This document shows positions 41,163 to 54,011 of a stretch of DNA of 64,000 bases, piece after piece. The position numbers and the translations under genes are program-made. Where the stretch lies: contig CAWFAK010000017.1 of NCBI GenBank assembly GCA_963813715.1, positions 672,001 through 736,000 on the forward strand, given 5' to 3'. The stretch is from an uncultured Planctomycetaceae bacterium. GTDB taxonomy: Bacteria > Planctomycetota > Planctomycetia > Planctomycetales > Planctomycetaceae. The number at the start of each line of letters is the position of its first letter. Position 1 is the stretch's first letter. The notes under the pieces are model-generated. The model saw only the letters and a list, made by a program, of their open reading frames with translations, ran no database searches and was not told the origin of the DNA.

Positions 41163-41870
41163 TCATCGCGAGGTGGTATTCTTCGGAGAAGAACTTAACA
41201 CCGGCGATGCGGCGTTGCAAATTCGGACGGCAGCTACAGCTTCGGAGTGATGCTCGTCTTCAGGCGCGTCGTGGCAAGGGGCCCGGGCGACTTTTACTGA
41301 TTCCTTTCCAACAACCTCAAGATTGAAGTCATAGTCGGCGCGTCCCGGCGCTGCGATTTCCACGACGAACTTCTGGTCGTCCTTGTTCCTTTCGGGGTCG
41401 TTGTAAAGATTTTTGAGGCCGTCCGGTCCGACGTAGTCATGGGTCATCGAAGGGCCGGCGATGCGGCGTCCGTGCCCGCCAGTGCCCCGCCCCTGATCAA
41501 TCTTGAGCTGAGCAAAGGTTACCACATACTTCCCGGTCGGGGCTCCGTCGCCCGGCAGATAGGTCGTGAAGGAGAAATTTCCCTGCTCGTCACAACTTGT
41601 CGAGCCCTTGCCACCGGCGACAAGGTGCGCGGGGTCGTTCAAGACCACGAACAAGGTGCCGTTGTCTTGTGAAGGAGGCTGGCCGTCGACGGTGACATGC
41701 CCCGCAAATTTCGCAACGGAGACCTTATTGGGAAGTTGGGCGACCTGCTCGACTTGGTCTGTCCGGGGGCCGCCAGAGTTATTGCAGCCGGAGAATGCAG
41801 CCACGGCGAGCAAAGAAACGAAAGCCCGGGCGAACGAACGGTCAAGTCGGCGCCGTTTGACGGAAGGCAT
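41163..41870 (-). CDS. Lipoprotein partner of DUF1559 (carboxypeptidase-regulatory-like); true stop may be ~41234 via frameshift
   Basis: FSGC lipobox; GHVTVDGQP, GDGAPTGKYVVTF; paralogous to 43986 and 46804 genes. Confidence 0.8.
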   Translation of the reverse strand: MPSVKRRRLDRSFARAFVSLLAVAAFSGCNNSGGPRTDQVEQVAQLPNKVSVAKFAGHVTVDGQPPSQDNGTLFVVLNDPAHLVAGGKGSTSCDEQGNFSFTTYLPGDGAPTGKYVVTFAQLKIDQGRGTGGHGRRIAGPSMTHDYVGPDGLKNLYNDPERNKDDQKFVVEIAAPGRADYDFNLEVVGKESVKVARAPCHDAPEDEHHSEAVAAVRICNAASPVLSSSPKNTTSR

Positions 41871-41996
41871 TTCTCGATCTCCAGTTGACCGGCGGTTTCA
41901 GATTCAAAAATGTGGCCCGAGCCGCGGCGGATGGTTCCATCACGGCTCGGACCCTCTTGCTTCAGACGAACAAAGCAGCTTGGCCCGCCAGGCAGA

Positions 41997-43265
41997 TTAG
42001 AACGAGCTGTCGGTGAGCGGCTTGGCTCCCTTATAAGTCTGTAGGCGGCACAGCACCGTAATGCCCGTGTTCTCGCTGATCATGCGCGCCGAACCGTCGC
42101 ACAGAGCGATGCCAACCGAGCCGGGGTGGAACGAATACCAGTTGTTCGACCAGACATTGATGCAATTGAGGAAGCAGACGGCCTGATTCAAAGTGTGAGC
42201 ATTCAGGGGAGTCGGGAATGCAGGCCCACCGGGGTTAAAGAAACTGGTGCCGGTCATGGTCTGAAATGCGCTGTTGTAACAAGACCAGCAGCCGCCCGGG
42301 TTGTGTTGGATGGTGCCGGGCCCGGTGCCAAAAACGGCGGCCAGAGAGGGCTGCTTGACGCCGCGAATCCACAAGTCCGGACGGCCGGCCAATTCGGCGA
42401 ACAACACGGTGGTCGACGTGCCGTCAGTGATCTTGTCGATCGAGACATTGAATTGGAATACGTTGATCGGCCCCGCACGGTAGGCCTCTGGCTGACAACT
42501 GTTTGCGAGCAAATAGGCGGCGCCGAGCGGCGTGCACTTGTCTTCGTAACCGCCCACGGCCGTGTAGTCCAAGGCCCCTGACAACTGCCGAGGACCGAAG
42601 GCGGCGGCACAGGGACTCGGACCCGCGAAGCAGGGGCATGTGTCCGAGCCGACCTCGACAAACGGATTCTGGGTTCGAGGAGCTGAAGGGCAAACGAACG
42701 CCGGAATCACCGCGGCTCCCGGACGCGTGGACGAGCACGGATCCTGGCACGGATCCGTCACGTTCTTATAGGTGTAGAGTTTTCCGCAGCCACAGCAGGC
42801 CAGCGGCTTTTGGTTCAAGAGCGCGGGGTGCTCACAGCACGGCGGCAGCATCGGACTGTTCATGCAGATCTTGTTGTAAACGGTCGTCGCTTCGATCAAG
42901 GGAAGCAGCCGTTCGCCCCAGTAGTGGAAGTTGAACGAAGACGTGAACAGGCCGGCTTTGCAAGGGCACGGGGTGTAGGGGGCAAGAGGCCCACCGCCGT
43001 TGCCAGGCGGGCAGCAGCAGATCAGGCACTTGGGGATCGCCGTTGGGAACGTGTAGCTGATCGCTGGCGTGAATTGGTTGTTGATGTCGTGATAGTTGTG
43101 CTCGGCCAACGCCATCTGCTTCAGGTTGTTGCGGCATTGCGTGCGGCGTGCCGCCTCGCGGGCCGCCTGAACGGCCGGCAGCAAGAGCGCGATCAAGACC
43201 GCAATGATGGCGATCACGACCAATAGCTCGATCAGCGTGAACCCTGACTTTCGTTGTCTTGGCAT
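41997..43265 (-). CDS. DUF1559 prepilin-type protein (Cys-rich), copy 1
   Basis: [46 protein letters not shown] (H-x9-DG). Confidence 0.95.
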   Translation of the reverse strand: MPRQRKSGFTLIELLVVIAIIAVLIALLLPAVQAAREAARRTQCRNNLKQMALAEHNYHDINNQFTPAISYTFPTAIPKCLICCCPPGNGGGPLAPYTPCPCKAGLFTSSFNFHYWGERLLPLIEATTVYNKICMNSPMLPPCCEHPALLNQKPLACCGCGKLYTYKNVTDPCQDPCSSTRPGAAVIPAFVCPSAPRTQNPFVEVGSDTCPCFAGPSPCAAAFGPRQLSGALDYTAVGGYEDKCTPLGAAYLLANSCQPEAYRAGPINVFQFNVSIDKITDGTSTTVLFAELAGRPDLWIRGVKQPSLAAVFGTGPGTIQHNPGGCWSCYNSAFQTMTGTSFFNPGGPAFPTPLNAHTLNQAVCFLNCINVWSNNWYSFHPGSVGIALCDGSARMISENTGITVLCRLQTYKGAKPLTDSSF

Positions 43266-43388
43266 AAACTGTCCCCTAATTCGGAAAGAAGGCCACAAAT
43301 TTGGAGCTGGCCCGCCGCCAGCCGTAAGAAACGCTCATTCGGCCTGGGAAAACTCCTCGATCGACCACTTCGCCCACGGACGCCCTCT

Positions 43389-43491
43389 ATCAAACATGCT
43401 AAAAAACTGGCTGTCAATAAATTGGCACATGGAAGTGGCGGGAAAATGTTCAAATGGCAAAAATTCTCCATGAAGTGTTAGTTTTATCACA
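43389..43491 (-). promoter_or_regulatory. Sigma70 promoter plus CRP-like site, copy 1
   Basis: TTGACA(43412-43417)-N17-TTTGAT; TGTTA-N6-TCACA at 43476-43491. Confidence 0.6.
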
Positions 43492-43985
43492 CTTCGGATG
43501 GGGTCGACGGCTGGTCGGCTGAAAAATGCGCACTTCGAAGGCCGCGAGGGGGCCACCGCGCGGGGACCATCTGCGGCGGCACGCAGGAGAGCGGGTTCCG
43601 GCGTTGACGGCTGGGGCGGTGTGTTACCGCTCGGATGCGACGGGGAGTCGAAGCGGCGGCGAAGAAACGCGGCGAGACGTCGGCCCGACAAAGAGGGGCG
43701 GAAACGCCAAATACTACGCACTGACGGGAGGGGCCGATCGGCGTCGCGTCGCGACGACGCGCTTGCCGATGCGTTCAATAACCACAACCGCGCATGCGAG
43801 GGGGCGACGGGCGTTTCGACTCGCTTGGGTCGCCCGCGATGGCCGGCGCTCGGCCGTCGGAGCCACACGGGCTCACCGTCGAGACAGCGAGGGAGCGAGG
43901 GAGCGGGCCGAGCGCTAAACGCGATCAGCCGTTCTGACCGAGCCGTTGGTCACGGCTCGAGAGCCTTGTGGGGGCACAAAGCCGC

Positions 43986-44593
43986 TTATCGCGACAAGCG
44001 CCGGACGGCGTACTGGCCGACGGGGACGCCCTCCTTGCCGGCAATCGACAGGTTGAATTCGTAGTCGCTCTTGCCCGGTTCCGCGACCTCGATGTTGAAA
44101 TCTTTTTCGTTCTTGTTCTTTTCCGGATCGCTGTACAGGTTCTTGAGCCCGTCCGGACCCACGTATTCCCGCGAAAGCATGCGCCCCACCGAGCGCGGCC
44201 CGGCAGTCTTCGGCACGTGCAATTGGGCAAACGTCACCACGTATTTTCCGGGAGGCACCCCATCCCCGTGCAGGTACGAAGTGAAGGTGAAGTTCCCGTC
44301 AGGGTCGCACGAGGCAACGTAGGCCGGTCCCTCCTTGGGGATGGCCAGGTGCGCTGGGTCGTTCAGAATCACAAATAGCGTGGTGTCTTTATCCGGAGGC
44401 TGGCCGTCGATGCTGGCATGGCCGGCGACTTTCGCCACCGGCTTCTGCTTGGCACCCTTGGCGGCTTGCGTAAGTTCGTCCTCCCGGGCTCCGTGGCTGC
44501 TCCCGGTGCAACCCGAGAAGACGCTCGCCGCCACCAGCGAAAGAACAATAAACGTCAGCGGATAAGCCGCGCGCGGCCCGCATTACGGAGCAT
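43986..44593 (-). CDS. Lipoprotein partner of DUF1559, copy 2 (start uncertain; leader out of frame)
   Basis: FSGC lipobox, GDGVPPGKYVVTF; GGAG+ATG at 44593 is out of frame with body (ORF 43986-44534). Confidence 0.8.
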
Positions 44594-44635
44594 AGCTCGA
44601 ACTCCAGTCTCCAAAGCCATTGTTAAAAAGCTGCT

Positions 44636-44683
44636 GCAAAAACAGGCCAAACCGGGATGGATTTCCTCCATCCCGGCTGGGCC
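44636..44683 (-). terminator. Hairpin between DUF1559 and lipoprotein genes (identical copy +2818)
   Basis: CCGGGATGGA-tttcc-TCCATCCCGG stem, T-run downstream on minus strand. Confidence 0.55.
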
Positions 44684-44742
44684 GAAACTACGAGATCAAG
44701 AGGCGGACCAGAGACGCCAGCCCGCCCACGGTCAAACACGAA

Positions 44743-45993
<1,251 letters not shown>

Positions 45994-46109
45994 AACCGTC
46001 CCCCTAATTCGGAAAGAGAACACCACCGACCCCGGACTGGCAAAAAACCAGCGTAAACACTTCACTGGACTGAGATTCGGATCTGAATGACAACGCCCGA
46101 ACAAGGCTC

Positions 46110-46213
46110 ATAAGAATGGATAAAATTTGCGCTGTCAATCAAAAAGGGGCGGCGAACGGAGCCAAAACGTCAAATTCCGGGAATTTATTGAAGGATTTGT
46201 GAACTGCCTCACA
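46110..46213 (-). promoter_or_regulatory. Sigma70 promoter plus CRP-type site, copy 2
   Basis: TTGACA(46133-46138)-N17-TCTTAT; TGTGA-actgcc-TCACA at 46198-46213. Confidence 0.7.
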
Positions 46214-46803
46214 TTTGGGCACTCCGTCGGCGTTGACTCGGCATTTAATGCCGCTGAACCGGACTTACGGCGAGTGCCGCCGCTGTAAGTTAAGAATTTG
46301 CCACTTTAATCGAGCTGCGGTCAGTCCGCGATGACAAGAGTGTCAAATATTCGGCATTCATTGCTACATTCTTAGCACGCAAAATGCGGCAAAATAGGCA
46401 CTATGTGCCATAAAATAAGCACAGTGCGCTGCATGGCAGTTTTCTAGCCAGAGAACGCGGGACCCCCGCAGGCCCCGACGGAGACGCGATGGTGCGCGAA
46501 TGTTGGCGCAGCCGCCCCCGACTTGTTCAGTGGTGCGGGCGAAAGAATCGCGCCGATCCGCCGCGTCGAGGGGATGCGCGTTTTAGCACATCCAGGCCGA
46601 TCGAGGAGTTCTGTTTCCCCCGAGCGTTGGTTTTGCGTGAGTCAAACACTGAGCGGCCGAGTCTCGCCTGCGCGAAATTTAAGGCGCGCGAGACCCATAG
46701 GCGGCCACGCGGACTCGGCCGCGCTAATTGGCGGAGATCAGCGTGGAGCAGTCAGTCGCGGCGCGTGCCGCGGTTCAAGAGCCTTGTGGCGGCGCAAAGC
46801 CGC

Positions 46804-47411
46804 TTATCGCGACAAGCGCCTCACGGCGTACTGGCCGACGGGGACGCCCTCCTTGCCGGCAATCGACAGGTTGAATTCGTAGTCGCTCTTGCCCGGTTCC
46901 GCGACCTCGATGTTGAAATCTTTTTCGTTCTTGTTCTTTTCCGGATCGCTGTACAGGTTCTTGAGCCCGTCCGGACCCACGTATTCCCGCGAAAGCATGC
47001 GCCCCACCGAGCGCGGCCCGGCAGTCTTCGGCACGTGCAATTGGGCAAACGTCACCACGTATTTTCCGGGAGGCACCCCATCCCCGTGCAGGTACGAAGT
47101 GAAGGTGAAGTTCCCGTCAGGGTCGCACGAGGCAACGTAGGCCGGTCCCTCCTTGGGGATGGCCAGGTGCGCTGGGTCGTTCAGAATCACAAATAGCGTG
47201 GTGTCTTTATCCGGAGGCTGGCCGTCGATGCTGGCATGGCCGGCGACTTTCGCCACCGGCTTCTGCTTGGCACCCTTGGCGGCTTGCGTAAGTTCGTCCT
47301 CCCGGGCTCCGTGGCTGCTCCCGGTGCAACCCGAGAAGACGCTCGCCGCCACCAGCGAAAGAACAATAAACGTCAGCGGATAAGCCGCGCGCGGCCCGCA
47401 TTACGGAGCAT
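46804..47411 (-). CDS. Lipoprotein partner of DUF1559, copy 3 (protein identical to copy 2)
   Basis: ORF 46804-47352 identical in translation to 43986-44534. Confidence 0.8.
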
Positions 47412-47560
47412 AGCTCGAACTCCAGTCTCCAAAGCCATTGTTAAAAAGCTGCTGCAAAAACAGGCCAAACCGGGATGGATTTCCTCCATCCCGGCTGGGC
47501 CGAAACTACGAGATCAAGAGGCGGACCAGAGACGCCAGCCCGCCCACGGTCAAACACGAA

Positions 47561-48811
47561 CTAGAAGCTGCTGTCCAGAACGGCCTTGCCACCCTTGTAG
47601 GTTTGCAAGCGGCACAGCACCGTCAGGCTGGTGTTCTCGCTGATCATGCGAGCCGAGCCGTCGCACAGGGCGATGCCCACCGAACCCGGGTGGAAGCTGT
47701 ACCAGTTGTTCGACCAGAAGTTGATGCAGTTCAGGAAGCAGACCGGCGTGCCGGTCTTGGCCTGAGCGACCGTGGGCTGCGGCAGACCCTGGTAGCCCGA
47801 ACCCGACATGACCTGGTACGTGTTGTCGATGCAAGCCCAGCATCCGCCCCAGCTGGCGTGAATATAAGTGATACCATTGGCGGTGAAATACGACGTTACC
47901 GAGGTCTGCTTTACGCCGCGGACCCACAGATCGGGACGACCGGCCAACTCGGCGAACAGGGCCGTGGTCGAGGTGCCGTCGGTGATCTTGTCGATCGAGA
48001 CGTTGAACTGCCAGACGTTGATCGGCCCAGCCCGATACAGTTCAGGCTGGCAGCTGTTCTGAAACAGATAAGCCGCCCCGAGAGGAGTCGCATCCTCATA
48101 GCCGCCGACCGAGGTGTAGTCCGACGCTCCGGCAAGCACCGGCGGCCCGAACAAGCACAGCGCCCCGGCACCCCCGAAGCAGTTGCACATGATCGAGGTG
48201 GTTTCGACGAACGGATTGTTCGTCCGCGGCGACGACGGGCAAACGAAGCCCGGAATGACCTGAGCGCCCGCGCGGATGTTTGCGCAGGTGTCTTTGCACG
48301 GGTTGGTGATGTTCTTGAAGGTGTACGGCTTGCCGCAGCCGCAGCAGGCCAGCGGCTTCACATTGAGCTGGCCGGCGTTCTCGCAGCAGGGGGCGAGCAT
48401 CGGGCCGTTAAAGCAGATCTTGTTGTAGACCGTTGTCGCCTCCAGGAACGGCAACAGACGTTCACCGTAGTAATGGTAGTTAAAGCTGGAAATCCAGATA
48501 CCGTTCTTGCAGGGACACGGGGTGTACGGCTTGCCGACGCAGCAGGCCGGGTCGCCGCAGTTGGCGGCAATTGCCGCGCAGATCACCTTCGGGAAGGTGT
48601 ACGACATGGCCGGCGTGAGCTGGCTGTTCACGTCGTGGTAGTTGTGCTCGGCCAGTGCCATCTGCTTCAGGTTGTTGCGGCACTGCGTGCGGCGGGCGGC
48701 TTCCCGCGCTGCCTGGACTGCTGGCAACAGCAAGGCGATCAGGACCGCGATGATCGCGATCACGACCAACAGCTCGATCAGTGTAAACCCTGACTTCCTC
48801 ATTCTCAGCAT
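47561..48811 (-). CDS. DUF1559 prepilin-type protein (Cys-rich), copy 3
   Basis: Same motifs; 416 aa, 26 Cys. Confidence 0.95.
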   Translation of the reverse strand: MLRMRKSGFTLIELLVVIAIIAVLIALLLPAVQAAREAARRTQCRNNLKQMALAEHNYHDVNSQLTPAMSYTFPKVICAAIAANCGDPACCVGKPYTPCPCKNGIWISSFNYHYYGERLLPFLEATTVYNKICFNGPMLAPCCENAGQLNVKPLACCGCGKPYTFKNITNPCKDTCANIRAGAQVIPGFVCPSSPRTNNPFVETTSIMCNCFGGAGALCLFGPPVLAGASDYTSVGGYEDATPLGAAYLFQNSCQPELYRAGPINVWQFNVSIDKITDGTSTTALFAELAGRPDLWVRGVKQTSVTSYFTANGITYIHASWGGCWACIDNTYQVMSGSGYQGLPQPTVAQAKTGTPVCFLNCINFWSNNWYSFHPGSVGIALCDGSARMISENTSLTVLCRLQTYKGGKAVLDSSF

Positions 48812-48928
48812 AACGACCCCCTAATCTGGATTAAGAGACATCCTCTAACGCTTCAGTGCTAAAAAATTAGCGTAACCATTTCGCTCAACTGGCTTTTTCA
48901 TTTCACGCCGCAATCGACGACGTGTCCT

Positions 48929-49033
48929 ATCAGAACGGCTGAAAAATTAACTGTCAATCAGGAAACACGTAGATGGATGCTGAAAATGTTTGTTTTCAGG
49001 AAAAAAAATGCGCGTTTTGTGAACTGCCTCACA
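48929..49033 (-). promoter_or_regulatory. Sigma70 promoter plus CRP-type site, copy 3
   Basis: TTGACA(48952-48957)-N17-TCTGAT; TGTGA-actgcc-TCACA at 49018-49033. Confidence 0.7.
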
Positions 49034-49402
49034 AGCGGGCAGGCCGCGCGGCAGAAAACTCGCACCGAGAAGCCGCTGCACACTGAATTCCTGCAGGAAT
49101 ACCGCGGAGGCCGGAAATTTGGCATTCCGCCTGGTCCAAAAAACTAGCATGCACATGCCGAAATGCCAAAAACTTGGCACTAACGTGCTGCTTTTCAAGC
49201 ATTACGGCCATGTCACCTTTGGCAAGTGCTGGAAAAGATGCACAACGTCGCACCCTCGGCAGCGCCACAATCGGGCACGCGACGGAATGGCAAAAATGCA
49301 GCCGATTTCGGGCATTCGACAGGCGAATGCGGTAAGACGGTGTCCGCACGAATTGCTAAGCGATTGACAGGCGATCTCAAATGGTGGATGATAGCGTCCA
49401 AT

Positions 49403-50005
49403 ATGGAAGACGACTCAGGGTTGCTCAATCAGCGGATCGCCCAGCGCGTTCGCGAGCTGCGTCGGGAACAAAATTGCTCGCTCCAGGACTTGGCGGAGCG
49501 TAGCGGAGTCAGTCGCTCGATGATCTCGCTGATCGAGCGTGCCGAGAGCAGTCCGACGGCCGTCGTCCTCGAAAAACTGGCCGCGGGGCTGAACGTGACT
49601 TTGGCCTCATTCTTCGAACGGCCCGCCCTGAGCAGCCAGCGGCACGACCATCCTGTCTCGCGGAGAAACGAACAGCCCGAATGGCGCGATCCCGCGTCGG
49701 GCTATCGACGACGAAACGTCTCCCCGGCAGGCGTTCAGCAGCCGCTGCAGATTACCGAAGTCCATTTTCCGCCGGGCGCTCGAGTGGCCTTTGAGAATGG
49801 GCTCCGTGATCGACCCGTCTATCAGCAGGTCTGGATGCTCGAGGGTGTCATTGACATTACGGTCGGAACGGAGCGGCATCGGTTGTGTGAGGGGGATTGC
49901 TTGGCCATGCAGTTGGATGCCGCCACCATGTTCCATAATCCGACGGAAGAGACGGCCCGCTATGCAGTTGTGATCGCAGCGGATCACCTCAGGAAAAGAC
50001 CATGA
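49403..50005 (+). CDS. XRE-family HTH regulator with cupin domain
   Basis: SLQDLAERSGVSRSMISLIERAESSPT; cupin C-terminus; TTGACA(49364)-N17-GATGAT upstream. Confidence 0.9.
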   Translation: MEDDSGLLNQRIAQRVRELRREQNCSLQDLAERSGVSRSMISLIERAESSPTAVVLEKLAAGLNVTLASFFERPALSSQRHDHPVSRRNEQPEWRDPASGYRRRNVSPAGVQQPLQITEVHFPPGARVAFENGLRDRPVYQQVWMLEGVIDITVGTERHRLCEGDCLAMQLDAATMFHNPTEETARYAVVIAADHLRKRP

Positions 50006-50532
50006 GCGGGCCTGTTTGGTCGCCGCGGAGGCTGCACTCCGTCACTGAATCTGAACTCGCTCAACTCGCCGATGTGCTGGTCGATTGCGTGGATGGGGGC
50101 GCGTCAGTCAGTTTCATGCATCCGCTCAGACGCGAGCAGGCTTTTGCCTTTTGGCGACGGGTCGCTGATGGCGTTGCCGCCGGTGAACGAGCCCTTTTGG
50201 TGGCGGAAGACACGGCCGGCATCTGCGGGACGGTTCAACTCGTCCTCCAGCAGCCGGACAACCAGCCGCACCGCGCCGACCTGGCGAAGATGTTAGTTCA
50301 CCGCCGGGCTCGCCGTCGTGGGCTGGGGGCCGCTTTGATGCAGGCCGCCGAAGCAGCCGCCCGCGAGTGCGGAAAAACGCTCCTCGTGCTGGACTCGGTC
50401 ACAAATGGCGACGCGGCCCGCCTTTACGAACGACTGGGCTGGGAGCGAGTCGGCGATATTCCCGACTACGCCTTGCTGCCGCGCGGTGGGCTCTGCAGCA
50501 CGACGTTCTATTTCCGCAAGCTGGGTGCTTAG
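50002..50532 (+). CDS. GNAT acetyltransferase (TTR-like)
   Basis: GGASVSF, NQPHRADLAKMLVH, RRRGLG, LYERLGW. Confidence 0.9.
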   Translation: MSGPVWSPRRLHSVTESELAQLADVLVDCVDGGASVSFMHPLRREQAFAFWRRVADGVAAGERALLVAEDTAGICGTVQLVLQQPDNQPHRADLAKMLVHRRARRRGLGAALMQAAEAAARECGKTLLVLDSVTNGDAARLYERLGWERVGDIPDYALLPRGGLCSTTFYFRKLGA

Positions 50533-50876
50533 CGGCGCTGCGTTTTGCTCTGTCGCGAAACCAGTGGTGAGTCGTCCATCCAGAGCCACCATTTGAGGTT
50601 CGCCGCAGCCGGCTTGGGATCCGACGCAAAATAGACGGCACAGCGAAACGTGTAGAGCACGCACCGATCGACGTGATTGCCGACGATCCGCTCCAATTTC
50701 CGATAGAGCCGTTCCGGATCGCGTCCCTGCAACGAGGCGACGTCTCGAATTCCCAGCAGATACAAATCGGCCGCCAGCGAGGGCCCAATTCCGGGAATGA
50801 CCGAGAGAGCGCGAATCGCTTCCCGCGGCACAGCCTTGCGTCGAGCCTGGTATGCGGTCGTGGCGGAGACACTCAT
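50529..50876 (-). CDS. Helix-hairpin-helix Cdd1-like protein
   Basis: IPGIGPSLAADL, DRCVLYTFRCAVYFA, KWWLW. Confidence 0.85.
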   Translation of the reverse strand: MSVSATTAYQARRKAVPREAIRALSVIPGIGPSLAADLYLLGIRDVASLQGRDPERLYRKLERIVGNHVDRCVLYTFRCAVYFASDPKPAAANLKWWLWMDDSPLVSRQSKTQRR

Positions 50877-51268
50877 GGCAACTCCGAGCAGATTTCGACG
50901 AGGAAGCCATTCGGGTCACGGACATAGCCGACGATCTGGCCCCAAGGCTTCGTTTCGGGGGATTTGACAGCGGAAGCACCGGCCGCCAAGGCCTGGCGGA
51001 ATGCGGCATCAACGTTTTGGGTGACCATTCCCAACTCACACGGCGGAGCGGGCTGCTGTGCGCCGGAGGGAGCGATCTCGATCGGCAACATCTGGCGAAC
51101 GAACGAGTTCGCCGCGAAGGCCAGGCGCGTCGCCCCGCTTTCCAGTTCGCCGTAGTTCTTTTCATCGTCCAGCATTCGCCGAACGAGCCCAAAAGCCCGT
51201 TCGTAGAAGCCGAGCGAGGTCTCAACATCGTCGACGTACAGAATCGTGTACCCAAACCTGGCGTTCAT
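50873..51268 (-). CDS. VOC/glyoxalase family protein
   Basis: YTILYVDD, FYERAFG, KPWGQ, RDPNGFLVEI. Confidence 0.92.
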   Translation of the reverse strand: MNARFGYTILYVDDVETSLGFYERAFGLVRRMLDDEKNYGELESGATRLAFAANSFVRQMLPIEIAPSGAQQPAPPCELGMVTQNVDAAFRQALAAGASAVKSPETKPWGQIVGYVRDPNGFLVEICSELP

Positions 51269-51403
51269 GGTGTTCCTTGTTCGCGATCTCGATGGGGAAC
51301 CGATCGGGACGTACCGGCACGGCCCGGCAGGCGATCCGCGTGCGGTCCGAGCGTCGACCTCAGAGCTTAGGCGACCAAGGCGGCGCTGGATTGGAAAAAA
51401 CGG

Positions 51404-52195
51404 TCATCCGCCGTTTTGCCGCAGATAGCGGAGCGGGCTGGTCCCGGCAAGCAGTCGGAACTCGCGAATCATGTGGGCCTGATCGTAATAGCCGCAGTCC
51501 AGGGCCACGCCGGCGAGATTCGCGGCACCCTCGCGCAGGAGTTTCGACGCGTGGCGGAAGCGCAGAATGCGGCTCAGGTGCTTGGGCCCCAAGCCCGAGT
51601 GTCGCAGGCAGGCCCGCCTGAGCTGACGGTTGCCGAGCCCGGCCGCACTGGCGAAGTCCGCCACCGCCAGATCACCGCGGCTCCGCACCAGCTGTGCGAT
51701 CGCCTGCTGCACCTCCGTGACATTTGGCCGCATGACGAGCCGCGATCCGAGCGCCTCGATGCGAGCTTCGATCGATGAGCACCGGGCCAGATGTTGAAAC
51801 AATAATCGGGTCGCGCGGCCTGCCACCTCTGCGAGCGGTGCCGTCGTATCGTTGAGCGATGGGAGGTCGCACGGCAGACATGTTCCCGCCATCCCCGGCT
51901 GGAAACGCACTCCCAAGATGGATTCGCCGCCGCGCAGAGAGACGTCGTGGAAGCAGGTCATCGCCCCGACGACGCGGGCGTCGACCAGCTGGCTGCCGCG
52001 GCTATAGAACAAGAGGTCGATACAGCCGTCGGGCAGGATCCGCTGGCAGCGGTCGGCCAAAGCCTCGCTGATCCAAAAGCACTCGACGAACGGTGCGAGG
52101 TCCGGCGGCGGATCGATTTCGCGATACACGGGGCCCTCGCCTGGCTCGAGCAATGTTTCCAACGACGCGGCAACACGCAGCTGGTAATGTGACAT
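51404..52195 (-). CDS. AraC-family transcriptional regulator
   Basis: ILPDGCIDL N-domain; GYYDQAHMIREF C-terminal HTH. Confidence 0.9.
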   Translation of the reverse strand: MSHYQLRVAASLETLLEPGEGPVYREIDPPPDLAPFVECFWISEALADRCQRILPDGCIDLLFYSRGSQLVDARVVGAMTCFHDVSLRGGESILGVRFQPGMAGTCLPCDLPSLNDTTAPLAEVAGRATRLLFQHLARCSSIEARIEALGSRLVMRPNVTEVQQAIAQLVRSRGDLAVADFASAAGLGNRQLRRACLRHSGLGPKHLSRILRFRHASKLLREGAANLAGVALDCGYYDQAHMIREFRLLAGTSPLRYLRQNGG

Positions 52196-52422
52196 CGCGC
52201 GACGAGGCGGGTCAACGCGGAATTTTTCTCAAGCGGACCAGCGAATTCCACCTGGACGCGCGGTGGGCCACGATGCCAGACGCTCTCAAGAAAAACGTAC
52301 GTCTGCAAACGACCAAGTGGGCTCTTCTCTTCGTTCTAGCGTGGGCGGATTAATCTTCGCCACGCCCTGCACGTTCATCAGCATGTATGAGCTGTTCGCG
52401 CTTTTCTCTTATATCTGTGGGC

Positions 52423-53841
52423 TCAGATCGTCTCCGGAACTACCTCCGCGCCGTCGCTGCCTGCTGGCTCGGCTGGCTCGACCGTGTGCGTCGGGTCAAT
52501 TAAGAGCCAGCTGCCGGCCGCCACGATCATGGCGATCGCCGCGAGAGCCAGGACCATGTTCCACCTCTTCTCGTCGGCGAGCATGCCGGCGTACCAGGTG
52601 AAGCCGGCCGCGCCGAAGCTGGCGCACATGTTGCCGACTCCGAGGACGGAGGCCACGTGCCGCCCGCCGATGTCCTGATACGTGGCCCACATTGCGCCTA
52701 AGCAAAAATCAATCGAAAGCGAGATCGCCGCCATCGCCCCCACGAACATCCACACGTTCTTCAACTGCGGCGCCATGAGGTAGATCGCCGCCACCACCAC
52801 GCCGCCAATCACTCCCGGCAAACGGCGGCCCCAAATCGAGCCGAAACGGACCACGAAGCGGTCGGTCGCCAGTCCGCCGAGCAGGGTGCCGATCATGCCG
52901 GCCAAGCCGGTTAATGCCGTCATCACTCCCGCCACAACTTCCTCGTCACCATTTTTATAAGGGCGATGAGTGATCGTCGTGATGACTTCTTTGAGCTGGT
53001 CGCCGTAAGTTTCGATCAAGTATTGCGGCAGCCAGGAGACGAGGAACACCCAGCCGACGTCGACGCAGAAACCGATCACGCACATCAGCAGCACTTCACG
53101 GCTCGTCAAGATCGAGAGCGGAGGCAGCGCACGGCGCAGGGGCACGCCCCTTATCCGCAAGGCGGGCGCGATCAGGGCGACCTCTTCGGCATTGCACCAA
53201 GGATGCTCGCGCGGCGAGTCGCGATAGAGCCAGACGAAAACGCCAACCCACACCAGCCCCAGCGCTCCGTAGGCCGCAAACACGAGCCGCCACCGTCCCG
53301 TTTCCCAACCGAGCAACGCTCCCACGAGCAGCAGGAGGGTCGGAGTGATGGCAAACGCGAGCAGGCCACCGGCGCGCCCCCCCATCGAGACGGCACTGCT
53401 GGCGCGACCGCGCGCGCCATAAGGAAACCAGCGTTTGATGATGCTGGCGGCCGTCGGATAGGCGCCCGCCTGCGAAATACCCAGCAGGAACCGCACGAAG
53501 AAGATCGCCGCCAGGCCGTTGACCAGGCCCATGCTGATCGTCGCCAGCGACCACACAGCGACATACAGGGCCAGCATTCGCCGGGCCCCCAAGGTGTCGC
53601 TCAGCCAGCCGGCCGGAACCTGCATTACGGCGTAGGCGAAGAAAAAGGAAAAAAAGACGCCGCGTCCAAGCTTTTCCTTGGACACGTGCAATTCGTTCAA
53701 GAGCGTGGTTGTGAGCGGGCTGAGCGCGTAGCGGTCCAGGTAGAGCAGCATCGCCATCGTGATGCACAACGTCAGCGTGAGGAAGCGGACGTTCGTGGGG
53801 CGACCGGCGGGAGCGGGGGCGGTGGACTGCAAGCGATTCAC
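52423..53841 (-). CDS. MFS transporter (ACS/sugar-acid type)
   Basis: YLDR, QVPAGWLSDTLGAR, RFLLG, WFP..RG, RDSP. Confidence 0.9.
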   Translation of the reverse strand: MNRLQSTAPAPAGRPTNVRFLTLTLCITMAMLLYLDRYALSPLTTTLLNELHVSKEKLGRGVFFSFFFAYAVMQVPAGWLSDTLGARRMLALYVAVWSLATISMGLVNGLAAIFFVRFLLGISQAGAYPTAASIIKRWFPYGARGRASSAVSMGGRAGGLLAFAITPTLLLLVGALLGWETGRWRLVFAAYGALGLVWVGVFVWLYRDSPREHPWCNAEEVALIAPALRIRGVPLRRALPPLSILTSREVLLMCVIGFCVDVGWVFLVSWLPQYLIETYGDQLKEVITTITHRPYKNGDEEVVAGVMTALTGLAGMIGTLLGGLATDRFVVRFGSIWGRRLPGVIGGVVVAAIYLMAPQLKNVWMFVGAMAAISLSIDFCLGAMWATYQDIGGRHVASVLGVGNMCASFGAAGFTWYAGMLADEKRWNMVLALAAIAMIVAAGSWLLIDPTHTVEPAEPAGSDGAEVVPETI

Positions 53842-54011
53842 CGTAGGCGAGGTGGCGAAAGGGTCGCGACCCGGACCCCAGCGCTAGATTCGGGACGCTC
53901 GAACATACCGGCCCGACCAAGTTGCCGCCAGTTCCAATCGTCCGTTCGGAAGGTACCACCGTTACGATTCGCCGCTTCACGTTCGGTGGCTTCTCCGGGT
54001 CGCTCATGCCG

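Noticed and set aside
43498..43960. ORFs in the DUF1559 intergenic spacers (also 46489-46800, 23520-23920, 56544-57010)
   Set aside because: Arg/Ala-rich translations without RBS or motifs; treated as non-coding
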